64,000 bases of DNA from positions 5,458,001-5,522,000 of the forward strand of contig CM075998.1 in the NCBI GenBank assembly GCA_038087875.1. The letters run 5' to 3'. Made by a program: the position numbers and the translations under genes. Numbering within the stretch: the first letter of the stretch is position 1; each line of letters starts with the position of its first letter. The notes under the pieces were generated by a model, which was given only the letters and a program-made list of their open reading frames with translations, had not been told where the DNA came from and ran no database searches. The DNA comes from Malacoraja senta. Lineage: Eukaryota. Below, piece after piece: positions 1 through 12,510 of this stretch.

Positions 1-182
1 TTGTACTCGTCATCAATGTGTAAATGCCAGTGCCCTCTAGAGGCCAGGAGTACAAGCTGGGGAATGTGCCTGTGCCTCATGACTGATGACAAGTGACCTT
101 CTAGTAGTTTCTGTTGGTTGTTGGATATAATAAACACTTCTTACAAGATGTCGGGCGTGTATTCATTGTGCTGGTCACAACA
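1..182 (+). mobile_element. Possible 3' part of a solo LTR
   Basis: AATAAA followed about 50 nt later by a ...TCACAACA terminus. The start lies outside the window. Confidence 0.3.
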
Positions 183-751
183 GGATCATACAGCAGACAT
201 TACAGGCGCTTCACATCCCAGGAAAGGAAAGCTGAAGGAGGCTGGGCATGAAGAGGGACATCGGATCGCGGGACGACCGGAATGGAGGCGATGGCTGCAA
301 CGGACCGTTGTGGCCCGCTGTAGCTGGGACTGGGAAATGGTGGCAAAATGGGGCATCTTGCATATATAAGCGGGCTGTTGTGTACATACTGTACTGACTG
401 GGGCGATTGTGTTTATATACTGTATGAGGATAGCCTGGCCGATCCGTATACAAAATGTGTAGTTCACTGCGCCTGGAACACGTGACAATATAGTAACCAT
501 TGACCATTGCAAGAAACCATTTAGAGACAGTTCCTTTCCAGCTGTTATCAGGCAACTGAACTATCCTCTCACCAACGAGACAGCGGTCCTGACCTCCCAT
601 CTACCTCATTGGAGACCCTTGGACTATATTTTAATCGGAATTTATCAGACTTGCACTAAATGTTGTATTCTTTATCCTTTATCTGTACACTGTGGGCATC
701 TTGATTGTAATCATGTATAGTCTTCTTTGACTAGATAGCACGCTTACAAAT

Positions 752-937
752 GAATTAATACGTTTATTGGCTGAGTATTTGCCTTGGTGCTCCGCCCGCA
801 AGTGACAACATGACTTACAGTGACAGTTAGGGATGACACATAAAATATTAAACATTAATAATAAAACATTATTGATTAAACATGTGAATTAAATAAAATA
901 CCAGAGCAAAAGGAGGCTACAGATTTTTGGTTATTGA
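752..937 (-). mobile_element. Rex-Babar LINE 3' end fragment
   Basis: Reverse complement of the 3' UTR seen at 43840-44045 and 4515-4690. Confidence 0.75.
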
Positions 938-3775
938 AAAAGCGAAGGATATTAATAAAAGATTTGCGCAATTTTATGAGAATTTGTATACATCTAAAAC
1001 GACAATTGATTCCAATAATATCACAAAGTTTTTGGATAACTGTAATCTTCCAAAGTTAGAGCTGAAGGAACAAGAGGAATTGGGTGCACAAGTCTCAATT
1101 AAGGAATTAGAAGATACAATAAACTCACTAAAGAATGGAAAAACACCAGGCCCTGATGGATTTACTAATGAATTTTATAAAAGCTTTTATGATAAAATAA
1201 TACCAAGATTACAAAAAATGTACCAATATGCTTATAAAAAACGAATACTACCTGATACATTAGCGGAATCAACGATTACACTAATACCTAAGAAAAACAA
1301 AGATTTAGAAGAACCTGGTTCATATAGAGCTATAGCATTGTTAAACACAGATCAAAAAATATTAGCGAAAACATTAGCTAGAAGATTAAGTAAATACATT
1401 AGTAAATTAATAAACCCAGATCAGACGGGGTTTATCCCTAAGAGATACTCATCTAACAATATGAGACGTCTACTCAACATAATGCACTCACACAAATCTG
1501 AAGATCAAGAATTATCAATTATTTCGCTGGATGCTGAAAAAGCATTTGATCAAGTAGAATGGAATTATATGGACAAAGTATTACAAAAATTCCAACTGGG
1601 GGAGAATTTTATTCTATGGATCAAGTTACTATATAACAAACCTACAGCTAGAATACTAACTAATAACATATTATCCTCGAAATTCCAACTATCAAGGGGA
1701 AATAGACAAGGATGCTCATTATCACCACAGCTGTTTGCTCTCATTATTGAACCGCTAGCAGAAAAAATTAGAATACACCCTGATATCCATGGATATAATA
1801 CTAAAGACTCATATAATAAAATATCTTTATACGCGGATGATATATTACTGTACATTACAAAACCTCAAATCACTATACCAAATATATTAAATTTAATTGA
1901 AGACTTTGGATCTTTTTCTGGATATAGAATAAATTGGAATAAAAGTGAAATTATGTCAATAAAACCGAAAGATTCAACACATCTTTTAAAATTCCCTTTT
2001 AAAATAGCTACAGAAAAATTTAAATACTTGGGAATCGAAATTACCAGAACATATCAAGGTATGCTCAGGGCAAATTTTGACCCCCTACTTAATAAATTAA
2101 ACACACTAATTAAATTCTGGAAAACGCTCTCGATGTCTTTAATAGGCCGAATAAACGCAATAAAAATGATCTTTCTACCACAAATTTTATACCTATTTCA
2201 ATCGATTCCTATATACTTACCAAAGAAGTTTTTTAAAAAACTCGACTCAGATATCACTAATTTTATATGGGACTATAAATCACATAGAATACAAAAAACT
2301 CATCTGAATAAACCTAAAGTATTAGGGGGTTTAGCACTACCTAACTTTATGTATTATTATTGGTCAGTAAATATTAAAAATATGATTCAACTGATGGATA
2401 ACTCCGCCCAGCAAGTGGACTGGATTGTAATGGAGAAAGAGGATTGCTCCTCTGGAAACATTGGAGCGATCCTCCTTTCTCCAATGAAATTGAATAACAT
2501 AAATTATAATAAGAACCCAATTATTCATAGTACAATCCGAATTTGGAAACAAATAAAACAAAATTTAAAATTAAGAAATTTATCACTTTTAATACCCATA
2601 GTTAATAACTTCGTTTAATCCCTCTATTATAGATAAAGCTTTTACACATTGGGATAGACTAGGAATTAAAACGCTTGGTGACTTGTATGAAACTGGAAAA
2701 TTACTTTCATTTCAACAATTACAAATAAAATATAAACTCGGAAATAATCAATATTTTAAATATTTTCAAATATGCGACTATTTGAAAAAATATACAAAAG
2801 ATCATTATAATAACCCAGTAGATGTATTGGATGAGGCAATGCAGATAAAAGCGGAATCAGCAAACTTAATATCATATTTGTATAATATTATCTTAAATGT
2901 ACAAATACCATCTACGGAGGGTATCAGAAGAGACTGGGAACAAGAGTTAGCTATTAAAATTTCAAAGGAAAGTTGGAATGAACACTTATTAAACGTGCAT
3001 AAATGTTCGATTAATGTAAGACACACTTTAATACAATTTAAAATTTTACATAGATTATATTATTCGAAAACTAAAATTCATAAAATTTTCCCAAATGTAT
3101 CATCTATTTGTGATAAATGTCAATCCCAAGAAGCTACTATAGCGCACTCATTTGTCTTTTGTACAAAAATTCAAAATTTTTGGAATGAAATTTTTGAAAT
3201 CTTTACAAAGTTATTTAAAATAAGACTGATACCCAAAGCAGAATGGATTATCTTCGGAATAACGGAAGATGGCCCAGAACTAAATGTGTTTCAAAAGAAA
3301 CTAATGGACTATGGGTTAATAACTGGAAAAAAGCTAATTCTAAAATTTTGGAAGAAGGCTCCAATACCAACTATAAATATGTGGACTTCAAATATGTTCG
3401 AAACATTACACCTAGAAGAGATAAGACTCCTCCTAGCAGGTAAACCAGATCACTTCCACCTGACGTGGTCTGCATTTATAGAATTATTACAAATATAGGG
3501 TGCAAAAGTACTTTAAAAAAAATTGAGGTCAGGTAAGGGGGGATGCTAGTTGAAGAGTTGGTATGTCCCATTTACGTACTGCTCATAAAAATATTTGTTT
3601 CTCTCTTTTTCCTCTTTCTCCTTCTCTTTCTTTTCTAGGGTCTATTTCTTAACTCTATTTCTTTTGTTTTTTAATTTTTAATTTTGCTCTTATAGGGTCT
3701 TCGTCCTTTTCTGTTGTCACATTTTCTACACTTTCACTTTTATTAAAAAAAAAAAAAAGAAAAGAAAAGAAAAAG
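938..3775 (+). mobile_element. 5'-truncated L1-clade LINE (ORF2 reverse transcriptase, frameshifted) with poly(A) tail
   Basis: ORF 927-2618 has KTPGPDGF, SLDAEKAFD, RQGCSLSP and LYADD. A frameshift near 2610 continues into ORF 2683-3498 with a C-terminal CxxC...H...C motif. T-rich 3' UTR and A-tail at about 3745-3775. Confidence 0.92.
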
Positions 3776-4177
3776 CAATTCACTGTATCTTGGTACATGT
3801 GACAATAATAAGCTAAACTTAATTATCTGATGAGTCATTTATTTCTCAAACACTCGGTTCCCACTTTATTGGCATTTGCATGAACTCATTTGAATTATTA
3901 CTTAATTCAATTGCTCTCTGTGCTAAGGAAATAGAATAGAATTATTGAGAGCAGGCTCCATTTGCTCGTTCTTTCCTTGCAGTACTCCAAGTTTTGTGAA
4001 AATAGTCATTTTAAATGAAACACTCATCCACGGTGTAATGAGGCGAGACATTCAGTTTTCACTGAGTAAGCATCTTCAATCTGTTAGAACACAAATAATT
4101 GTCTTCTACCAACTGCAAACTCAGCTAAAAATACAATCAGGCTACCCTGCTAAAATTGGTTCATGCATTTGCTGTAT

Positions 4178-4692
4178 ATAATCTGCCACAGGCAATGATG
4201 GTCCAATTCTACACGGCCATCGTAGAGTCTGTCCTCACCTTCTCCATCATGGTCTGGTTTGGCTCAGCCACCAAGCACGACATCCGGAGGCTGCAGCGAA
4301 TCGTCCGATCAGCTGAGGTTATTGGCTGCAACCTTCCCTCCATTGATGAACTGTACACTGCAAGGGCCAGGAAGCGAGCGGGCAAGATCATCTCTGACCC
4401 CTCTCACCCTGGCCACAAACTCTTTGAATCACTTCCCTCTGGAAGGCGACTCCGGACTGTCAAAGCTGCCACAGCCAGACATAAAAACAGCTTTTATCCA
4501 CGAGTAGTTGCTCAATAGCCAAAAATCTGTAGCCTCCCTTTGATCTGGTATTTTGTTGGTTCACATGCTTGATCAATGGTGTTTTATCATTAATGTTTTA
4601 TTATTATTAATGTTTAGTGTTTTCTGAGTCATTCGTAACTGTCACTGTATGTCATGTGAATACTTGGCCAATAAACTTATTCATTCATTCAT
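4178..4692 (+). mobile_element. Rex-Babar LINE 3' fragment
   Basis: FYTAIVESVLTFSIMVWFG...DPSHPGHKLF...LPSGRR, then a (TTCA)n tail. Confidence 0.85.
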
Positions 4693-5111
4693 AACGCATT
4701 GTTACAAGTCTAGTCCATGCCTCTCTCTTGGGTACGATGATGCTCTTCACTCCCATAAGTAACGTGAACATCTTTACTTCAAGGGTGTGCCAGTGTTGAC
4801 AAATATGTATGAAGGAGAGTTGTAATGATAAAATCCCATTGAAATCCGAGTTAGATAGGCATGTCTTTTTTTGCTGGAAGGACTTCGAAAATACCTTGGA
4901 AGAAACTGCAGATGCTGGTTTAAAACAAAGACAGACACAAAATGCTGGAGTAACTCAGAGGGGACAGGCAGCATCTCTGGATAGAAGGAATGGGTGACGT
5001 TTTGGGTCGAGACCCTTCTTCAGACGGAGAGTCAGGGGAAAGGCCCATTCCTTCACTCCAGAGATGCTGCCTGACTCGCTGAGTTACTCCAGCATTTTGT
5101 GTCTATCTTTG

Positions 5112-5720
5112 GAAAGTCATGTTTCAGCTTTATAGGACTTTGGTTGGGCTGTGTTTGGAGTATTGCGTGCAGTTTGTGGTCACCCCATTGCAGGAAGGAT
5201 GTGGAGGCTTTTGGAAAGGGGAGGTTTATCAGAAATGTTGCCTGGATTAGAGGGTTTCAGTGACAGGGAGAGTTTCAACAGGCGTGGGTTGTTTTCTCTG
5301 GAACAGCGGAGGTTGCATGGAGAATTATATAAAATTATGAGAGGCATAGATAGATAGTCAGAGTCTTTTCCCACGGTAGAAATGTTCATAAGACATAGGA
5401 GCAGAATTAGGCCATTCGGCCCATCTAGTCTCCTCCGCCATTCAATCATGGCTGATCTATCTTTCTCACTCAACCCCATTATCCTGCCTTCTCCCCGTAA
5501 CCTTAGAATCAAGAAAGTGTCAAATACTACAGGGCATAGACTTATGATGAGGATGGTTGGCGGAGATTTACAAGGCAGGTCTTTTTGTCACAGAGAGTGG
5601 TAAGTACCCAGAAAGCAGTACCAGGGGAGGTGATAGAAGGAAATAAATAGTGGAGCTAAAAAGGCTTTTAGATAGGCACATCAACAGGCAGGGTACGGGC
5701 AGATGGGACTAGACAGTCTG
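5112..5720 (+). mobile_element. Degenerate CR1 LINE 3' fragments
   Basis: GLFSLEQRRL..ELYKIMRGIDR motif typical of the CR1 ORF2 C-terminus. Confidence 0.7.
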
Positions 5721-5920
5721 AAGAAGGGTCTCAACCCAAAACATCATCTATTCCTTTTCTCCAGAGATGCTGTCTGATGGAAGAAGCAACCAAGAGCCAT
5801 AGCAGCCCAATGTAATCATGGTGTTATTCATATAACAAAAGATCATGGATTAGTACGGGAATCAAGGACCAGAGGGCATAGACAATAGGTACAGGAGTAG
5901 GCCATTCGGCCCTTTGAGGC

Positions 5921-8064
5921 GATATACAAAAGTCCACACCTGGAACAGTAGATGAGGTTGGAGGAGGTGCAAGTGAACCGCTGCCTCACCTGGAAAGACT
6001 GTTGGGGTCCCTGGACAGAGTCGAGGGAGGAGGTGTAGGGACAGGTGTTGCATCTCCTGCGGTTGCAGGGGAAAGTACCTGGGGAGGGGGTGGTTTGGCT
6101 GGGAAGGGACGAGTTGACCAGGGAGTTGGGGAGGGAACGGACTCTGCGGAAAGCAGAAAGGGGCGGAGATGGGAAGACGTGGCCAGTAGTGGGATCCCGT
6201 TGGAGGTGGCGAAAATGGCGGAGGATTAAATGCTGTATGCGACGGCTGATGGGGTGGAAGGTGAGGACAAGGGGGACTCTGTCCTTGTTGCGAATGGGGG
6301 GAGGGGGAGCAAGAGCGGAGCTGCGGGATATCGAGGAGACCCCAGTGAGAGCCTCATCTATAATGGAAGAGGGGAACCCCCCATTCCCTAAAGAATGAGG
6401 ACATCTCCGATGATCTAGTATGGAACACCTCATCCTGGGCGCAGACGGAGGAATTGGGAGTAGGGGATAGAGTCTTTACAGGAAGCAGGGTGGGAAGAAG
6501 TGTAGTCTAGATAGCTATGGGAGTCGGTAGGTTTGTAGTAGATGTCGGACAATAGTCTGTCTCCTGTGATGGAGATGGTGAGATCCAGAAACGTAGGGAG
6601 ATGTCGGAGATGGTCCAAGTGAATTTGAGTGCAGAATGGAAATTAGTGGTGAAGTTGATGAAGTCAGTGAGTTCTGCATGGGTGCAGGAGGCAGCATCAA
6701 TGTAGCGGAGGTAGAGTTCGGGGATAGGGCTAGTGTACACCTGGAACAGTGATTGTTCGACGTACCCTACAACGAGGAAGGCATAGCTGGGGCCCATGCG
6801 AGTGCCCATAGCATCGCCTTGGATTTAGAGGGTGGGAGGAGTCGAAGGAGAAGTTGTTGAGGGTAAGGACCAGCTCTGCTAGGCAGAGGAGGGTATTGGT
6901 AGACGGAAATTGGCTGGTTCTGCGGTCGAGGAAGAAACGGAGGACTTTAAGACCTTCCTAGTGGGGATGGAGGTGTAGTGTGACTGGACATCCATGGTAA
7001 AGATGAGGGAGGGGGGCCTGGAAAACGGAAGTCGTTGAAGAGACGAAGAGCGTGTGAGGTGTCTTGGACATAGGTGGGGAGAGATTGGACCAGGGGGAAT
7101 AGGATGGAGTCGAGGTATGTGGAAATTAATTTGGTGGGAATGAACAAACAGAAACAATGGGTCTGCCAGGACAGTTCTGTTTGTGGATTTTGGGGAGAAG
7201 ATAAAATAGGGCCGTGCGGGGCTGGGAACCGATAAGGTTGGAGGCTGAAGATGGCAGAGAGCCAGAAGTAATCAAATCAGGTGTGTGATATTAATGCCCG
7301 ATGCTGGTCTGTGGGCTCATGGTCCAAGGATAAGTGGGAGGAGGTATCTGAGAGTTGTCGCCTGGCCTCAGCCCTCTAGAGGTCAGTGAGCGAGACTACC
7401 ACGGCACCTCCCTTATCAGCAGGTTTGGTTATCACGTCGGGGTTGCTGCAGAGTGAGTGGAGGGCTGTTCGTTCAAGGGGGGGAAGGTTAGAGTAAGTAA
7501 GGGGAGTGGAAAAGTTGAGGCAGTTGATGTCCCTCTGGCAATTGGAAATGAAAAGGTCTACAGAAGGTAGAGGGCCATCCGGGGGAGTGCAAGAGGAGGG
7601 GGACCGTTGGAGACCGGAGAAGGGGTCATTACTGGGTGGTGAGGACTCTTTCCAATAGAAAAAGGCGTGGAGGTGACGGAAGAAGAGCTGTACATCGTGG
7701 CGGATCCGGAACTCGTTGAGATGGGAAACAAAGGTGAGGCCTCTGCTGAGGACAGACCGACCCGTATCAGAAAGGGGGAGGTCGGGGGGATGGTGAACAC
7801 ACGGCAAGGGTGGGGGTTGGGGTCGAAGGAAGGCAGGTGAGTAGATGGAGGCCGAGGTGATGTCTGGTGGGGGGATGGCGGGTGTTCGGAGAGGAGGGGG
7901 GCATGAGGACTATTGTATGGGTGGGGAGTAGCGGGGACCACCTGGCTAAAAGGGGAAGGGGAAGAGCCAGTGAAACCCCCACTGAGGTTCCCTGTAAGAG
8001 TGGGGGGAGCAGTAGGCCCCAGCAGAGTCAGACCACGTGGTGTGGGAGTCTGCATCGTGGAGAC
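5921..8064 (-). mobile_element. Penelope-like retroelement, decayed RT and start of GIY-YIG (downstream part)
   Basis: Frameshifted motifs KPADKGGAVVV, IFTMDVQS, MGTRMGPSYA, LYLRYID, IYYKPTDSHSYL, QRFTCTSSNLIYC. Confidence 0.88.
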
Positions 8065-8155
8065 CAAAGATTATAGATGCGCCACTCAGCGAAAAATCCG
8101 TAGTATGACATGGGTGATTGTTGACGCCATTTTAGTGGGCGGCCTCGATACTGTC

Positions 8156-8265
8156 ATGGCGTCCTCATCTACATCTATAGCTCACTGCTCTGCTATAAAT
8201 TGCTCTAATCGCCAATGTAGACAACCCGACCTGTCTTTCTTCAGGTTCCCCAATAACAAAGAAAG
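8156..8265 (+). pseudogene. THAP zinc-finger first exon (orphan transposase exon)
   Basis: ATG...AG|GTGAG. Encodes MASSSTSIAHCSAINCSNRQCRQPDLSFFRFPNNKE(R), with the C-x4-C and FFRFP THAP signature. No downstream THAP exon was found. Confidence 0.75.
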
Positions 8266-8709
8266 GTGAGGAAATATTATTGTTTTCTGTCGATGTTATT
8301 CTGTCCTGAAAATGTTATTTTCTGTTCCCCCATCAACGTTCATTGGGAAACTAGGTATGTCGGTACATTAGAAAGTTATTCGATTTAAAAAAAATAGATC
8401 TATACTTACCACAATAATAAAGTCATCAATTTTTGTACTTCTGTACATTTTTGGTTTTGTTCTTGTAAGGCAGGAGTCTCCAAAATATGGCCCACGGGAC
8501 ACATCAACCCATCACCAGATTTTTCAAGCTCAGATTCGAGTTGGGGAGCGCGGCGGCCCGGGGCTGCTCTTAGTGTTGTTACCGGTTAGATCCCTCGAAT
8601 TGTCAGAGCCAAGACATCACTGGGCTGCCGTGAAGAAGGGTGCAATGGTGCGGTGGGGGGTTCGGCGGCGGTCAGAATGGGACGGCTGCGGGTTATAACG
8701 TGCCATCGT

Positions 8710-8898
8710 TCCTCTCTCTCCCCCTTCTCTCGCTCCCCACTTCTCTCTCTCTCTCTCTGTCTCTGCCCTATCTGCCCCCCTCTCTCTCTCTGTCTCTGCC
8801 CTATCTGCCTCTCTCTCTCTCTCTCTCTCTCTCTGTGTCTTTGCCCTATCTGCCTTTCTCTCTCTCTCTCTGCCCTAACTGCCTCTCTCTCTCTTCCT

Positions 8899-8934
<36 letters not shown>

Positions 8935-8935
8935 C
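8710..8935. repeat. CT-rich microsatellite/minisatellite
   Basis: (CT)n interleaved with repeated CTGCCCTATCTGCC units. Confidence 0.9.
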
Positions 8936-9034
8936 CTGAGAGTTGGCAGCCCTGCTAGTGTCTTAGGTCCAAAAGAGGATAGAAAGAAAATACTTAATTG
9001 TATGAAGATTTAAATAAGCTCTTCTACATTGAAG

Positions 9035-9370
9035 GTCAAGTCAAGTCACATTTATTTATATAGCACATTTAAAAAACAACTCTCGTTGGCCAAAGTGCTT
9101 TACATTTGTTATAAGAATAGCATAAACAAAACAAACTACATACATATATACATGTAGCCCTCACTCAGAGGATGTCAGGAAAGGCTTGGGAGTATAGTTA
9201 AGTCTTTAGTCTTGACTTAAAAGAGTCGATGGAGGGGGCAGTTCTGATGGGAAAGGGGATGCTGTTCCACAGTCTAGGAGCTGCAACCGCAAAGGCGCGG
9301 TCGCCCCTGAGCTTATGCCTAGACCGTAGGATATTCAGCAACCCCAAGTCGGCCGATCTGAGGGGCCTGA
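9035..9370 (-). mobile_element. L2 LINE 3' fragment
   Basis: Resembles the reverse complement of the L2 3' end at 62480-62817 (gcctttgc.gttgcagc.cctagactgtggaacagc). Confidence 0.7.
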
Positions 9371-9569
9371 AACTGAAACAAAGCTCTGAACATTAATAGT
9401 CCATTATCTGTTTATTTATTCATGTGTGTATATATTTATATAATGGTATATGGACACACTGATCTGTTCTGTATTCATGCCTACCATATTCTGTTGTGCT
9501 GAAGCAAAGCAAGGATTTCATTGTCCTATCTGGGACACATGACAATAAACTCTCTTGAATCTTGAATAT

Positions 9570-9924
9570 ACATGTGTGTGATATATATATATATATATCA
9601 CACACATGTATATTCAAGAGAGTTTATTGTCATGTGTCCCAGATAGGACAATGAAATTCTTGCTTTGCTTCAGCACAATTTATATATATATATATATATA
9701 TATATGTGTATATAAATGTGTGTATATGTGTATATATATATGTATATACATACATACATATATGTGTGTATATGTATATATATGTGTATATATACATACA
9801 GTATATATATATATATATATATACAGAGAGAGAGATTGAAAGAAAAAGGTTGCTAAACAAATTAGAGGAAATCACAAGAAACTAGAGAAATATATATCTG
9901 TTTGTGTGTGTGTGTATATATATA
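9570..9924. repeat. (TA)n/(TG)n microsatellite region
   Basis: Directly visible dinucleotide runs. Confidence 0.9.
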
Positions 9925-11536
9925 CAGTGGCTTGCAAAAGTATTCATACCCCTTGAACTTTTCCACATTTTGTCACGTTACAACCACAAAAGTAAATGTA
10001 TTTTATTGGGATTTTATGTGATAGACCAACACAAAGTGGCACATAATTGTGAAGTGGAAGGAAAATGATACATGGTTTTCAAATGTTTTTACAAATAAAA
10101 AACTGAAAAGTGTCACGTGCAAAAGTATTCAGCCCTTTACTCTGATACCCCTAAATAAAATCCAGTGCAACCAATTGCCTTCAGAAGTCACCTAATTAGT
10201 AAATAGAGTCCACTTGTGTGTAATCTAATCTCAGTATAAATACAGCTGTTCTGTGAAGGCCTCAGAGGTTTGTTAGAGAACATTAGTGAACAAACAGCAT
10301 CATGAAGCCCAAGGAACACACCAGACAGGTCAGGGATAAAGTTGTGGAGAAGTTTAAAGCAGGGTTAGGTTATAAAAAAATATCCCAAGCTTTGAACATC
10401 TCACGGAGCACTGTTCAATCCATCATCCGAAAATGGAAAGAGTATGGCACAACTGCAAACCTACCAAGACATGGCCGTCCACCTAAACTGACAGGCCAGG
10501 CAAGGAGAGCATTGATCAGAGAAGCAGCCAAGAGGCCCATGGTAACTCTGGAGGAGCTGCAGAGATCCACAGCTCAGGTGGGAGAATCTGTCCACAAGAC
10601 AACTATTAGTCGTGCACTCAACAAATCGGGCCTTTATGGAAGAGTGGCAAGAAGAAAGCCATTGTTGAAAAAAAGCCATAAGTCCCATTTGCAGTTTGCC
10701 ACAAGCCATGTGGGGGACACAGCAAACATGTGGAGGAAGGTGCTCTGGTCAGATGAGACCAAAATTGAAATGTTTGGCCTAAATGCAAAACGCTATGTGT
10801 GGCGGAAACCTAACACTGCACATCACCCTGAACACACCATCCCCACTGTGAAACATGGTGGTGGCAGCATCATGCAGTGGGGATGCTTTTCTTCAGCAGG
10901 GACAGGGAAGCTGGTCAGAGTTGATGGGAAGATGGATGGAGCCAAATACAGGGCAATCTTGGAAGAAAACCTGTTAGAGTCTGTAAAAGACTTGAGACTG
11001 GGGCGGAGGTTCACCTTCCAGCAGGACAACGACCCTAAACATACTGCCAGAGCTACAATGGAATGGTTTAGATCAAAGCATATTCATGTGTTAGAATGGC
11101 CCAGTCAAAGTCCAGACCTAAATCCAATTGAGAATCTCTGGCAAGACTTGAAAATTACTGTTCACAGACGCTCTCCATCCAATCTGACTGAGCTTGAGCT
11201 ATTTTGAAAAGAAGAATGGGCAAAAATTTCAGTCTCTAGATGTGCAAAGCTGGTAGAGACATACCCCAAAAGACTTGCAGCTGTAATTGCAGCGAAAGGT
11301 GGTTCTACAAAGTATTGACTCAGGGGGGCTGAATACTTTTGCACGCGACACTTTTCAGTTTTTTATTTGTAAAAAAATGTGAAAACCATGTATCATTTTC
11401 CTTCCACTTCACAATTATGCACCACTTTGTGTTGGTCTATCACATAAAATCCCAATAAAATATATTTACGTTTGTGGTTGTAACGTGACAAAATGTGGAA
11501 AAGTTCAAGTGGTATGAAAACTTTTACAAGCCACTG
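9925..11536 (+). mobile_element. Full-length Tc1 (Passport-like) transposon
   Basis: TA|CAGTGGCTTGCAAAAG ... CTTTTACAAGCCACTG|TA. TIRs of about 210 bp with internal direct repeats. 1612 bp long. Confidence 0.96.
10302..11318 (+). pseudogene. Tc1 DD34E transposase with one premature stop
   Basis: Paired-like HTH with GRPPK, WSDE, and QQDNDPKH...SPDLNPIEN (34 residues between D and E). In-frame TGA at 11205-11207, then KEEWAKIS...AAKGGSTKY* to 11318. Confidence 0.93.
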
Positions 11537-12024
11537 TACATCTATATCACATATTTTTTACATGAATTGGTCATCAAAACTAAGAAACTGAGCCAATCTT
11601 CAATTTGGCAACACACTGTCTCATCGGCCATTTATGTCACTCAGATCCACAAGGTAATGTGCCGTTTAGATCAAACGTGGTGTCCACTCAGATGGACGCA
11701 GTATTCTACTACATAATCAGGTGAATAAAGTGGAAATGGTGTTTGCAATTTTATTGTTCCATGTGGTATTCATCAACATAGAAAGGAATAAGAAATATGT
11801 GTACTTACTGTGCCAACCAGATCACTGGTGGACACCATGCGACAACCGTTACACAAAATGTATTTGTGTTTTCTGATGCCATTTTTGGAAACTTGCCATC
11901 ACTGTGCTATCTTTTCTTATATTTGTTGTTGATACTATGTTAGTCATGAACCCAATAAAATGCTTGTCAAGGAATTTGAAATTTGACCCCATATGTCATA
12001 TTTTTGTGTGCAGCGTTGTAAATA

Positions 12025-12510
12025 TCTATATACTATTAAAACTCTGTGTGTGTGTGTGTTTGTGGGTGTCAGATTTGGCCTTTGATTCCTTGCTCCGCCA
12101 AAACCACACGCGATTTTTTCCATTTCGCTAGACATCACACTTTTACATACCCTAACACACTCCTTATTAGATTTAGACATTTTTATGTACACATTTTAAA
12201 ATAAAATCCACCCCCCCCAACTCACTCATTTTGTCGCCTCCTGCTGGCCAGCCACCATAACGGCTGCTGCCGCCCGGCTCTGCTCCAAAAACGCTGACAT
12301 TTTTCTTCTTTCGCGGGCGATTTTAGCTGCTGCCGCCCGCCTCTCCTCCACTACCCCCCGCCCCCCCCACCTCACCCCCCGGGCCGGCTCTCTCACGCTA
12401 GCTCAAGACGCTGTCTACGCCGTCAAGACGCTGAAGCACGTTCGGGAACCAGACCCCGGGGTCTGAAGCACGTTCGGGGTCCAGACCCAACGGGTCTGCT
12501 CTTGGTCTAG
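12025..12510 (+). mobile_element. Non-autonomous Helitron
   Basis: A|TCTATATACTATTAAAA 5' end. 3' hairpin CAGACCC-AAC-GGGTCTG shortly before the terminal CTAG|T. No TSD. Confidence 0.8.

Noticed and set aside
8156..8265. THAP exon as the first exon of a host gene such as THAP12 or THAP9
   Set aside because: It lies inside a TIR/TSD-bounded insertion and no further exons were found.
8471..8955. hAT-like ends CAGGAGTCTCCAAA and AGTTGGCAGCCCTG
   Set aside because: The ends match each other poorly and no convincing 8-bp TSD was found.
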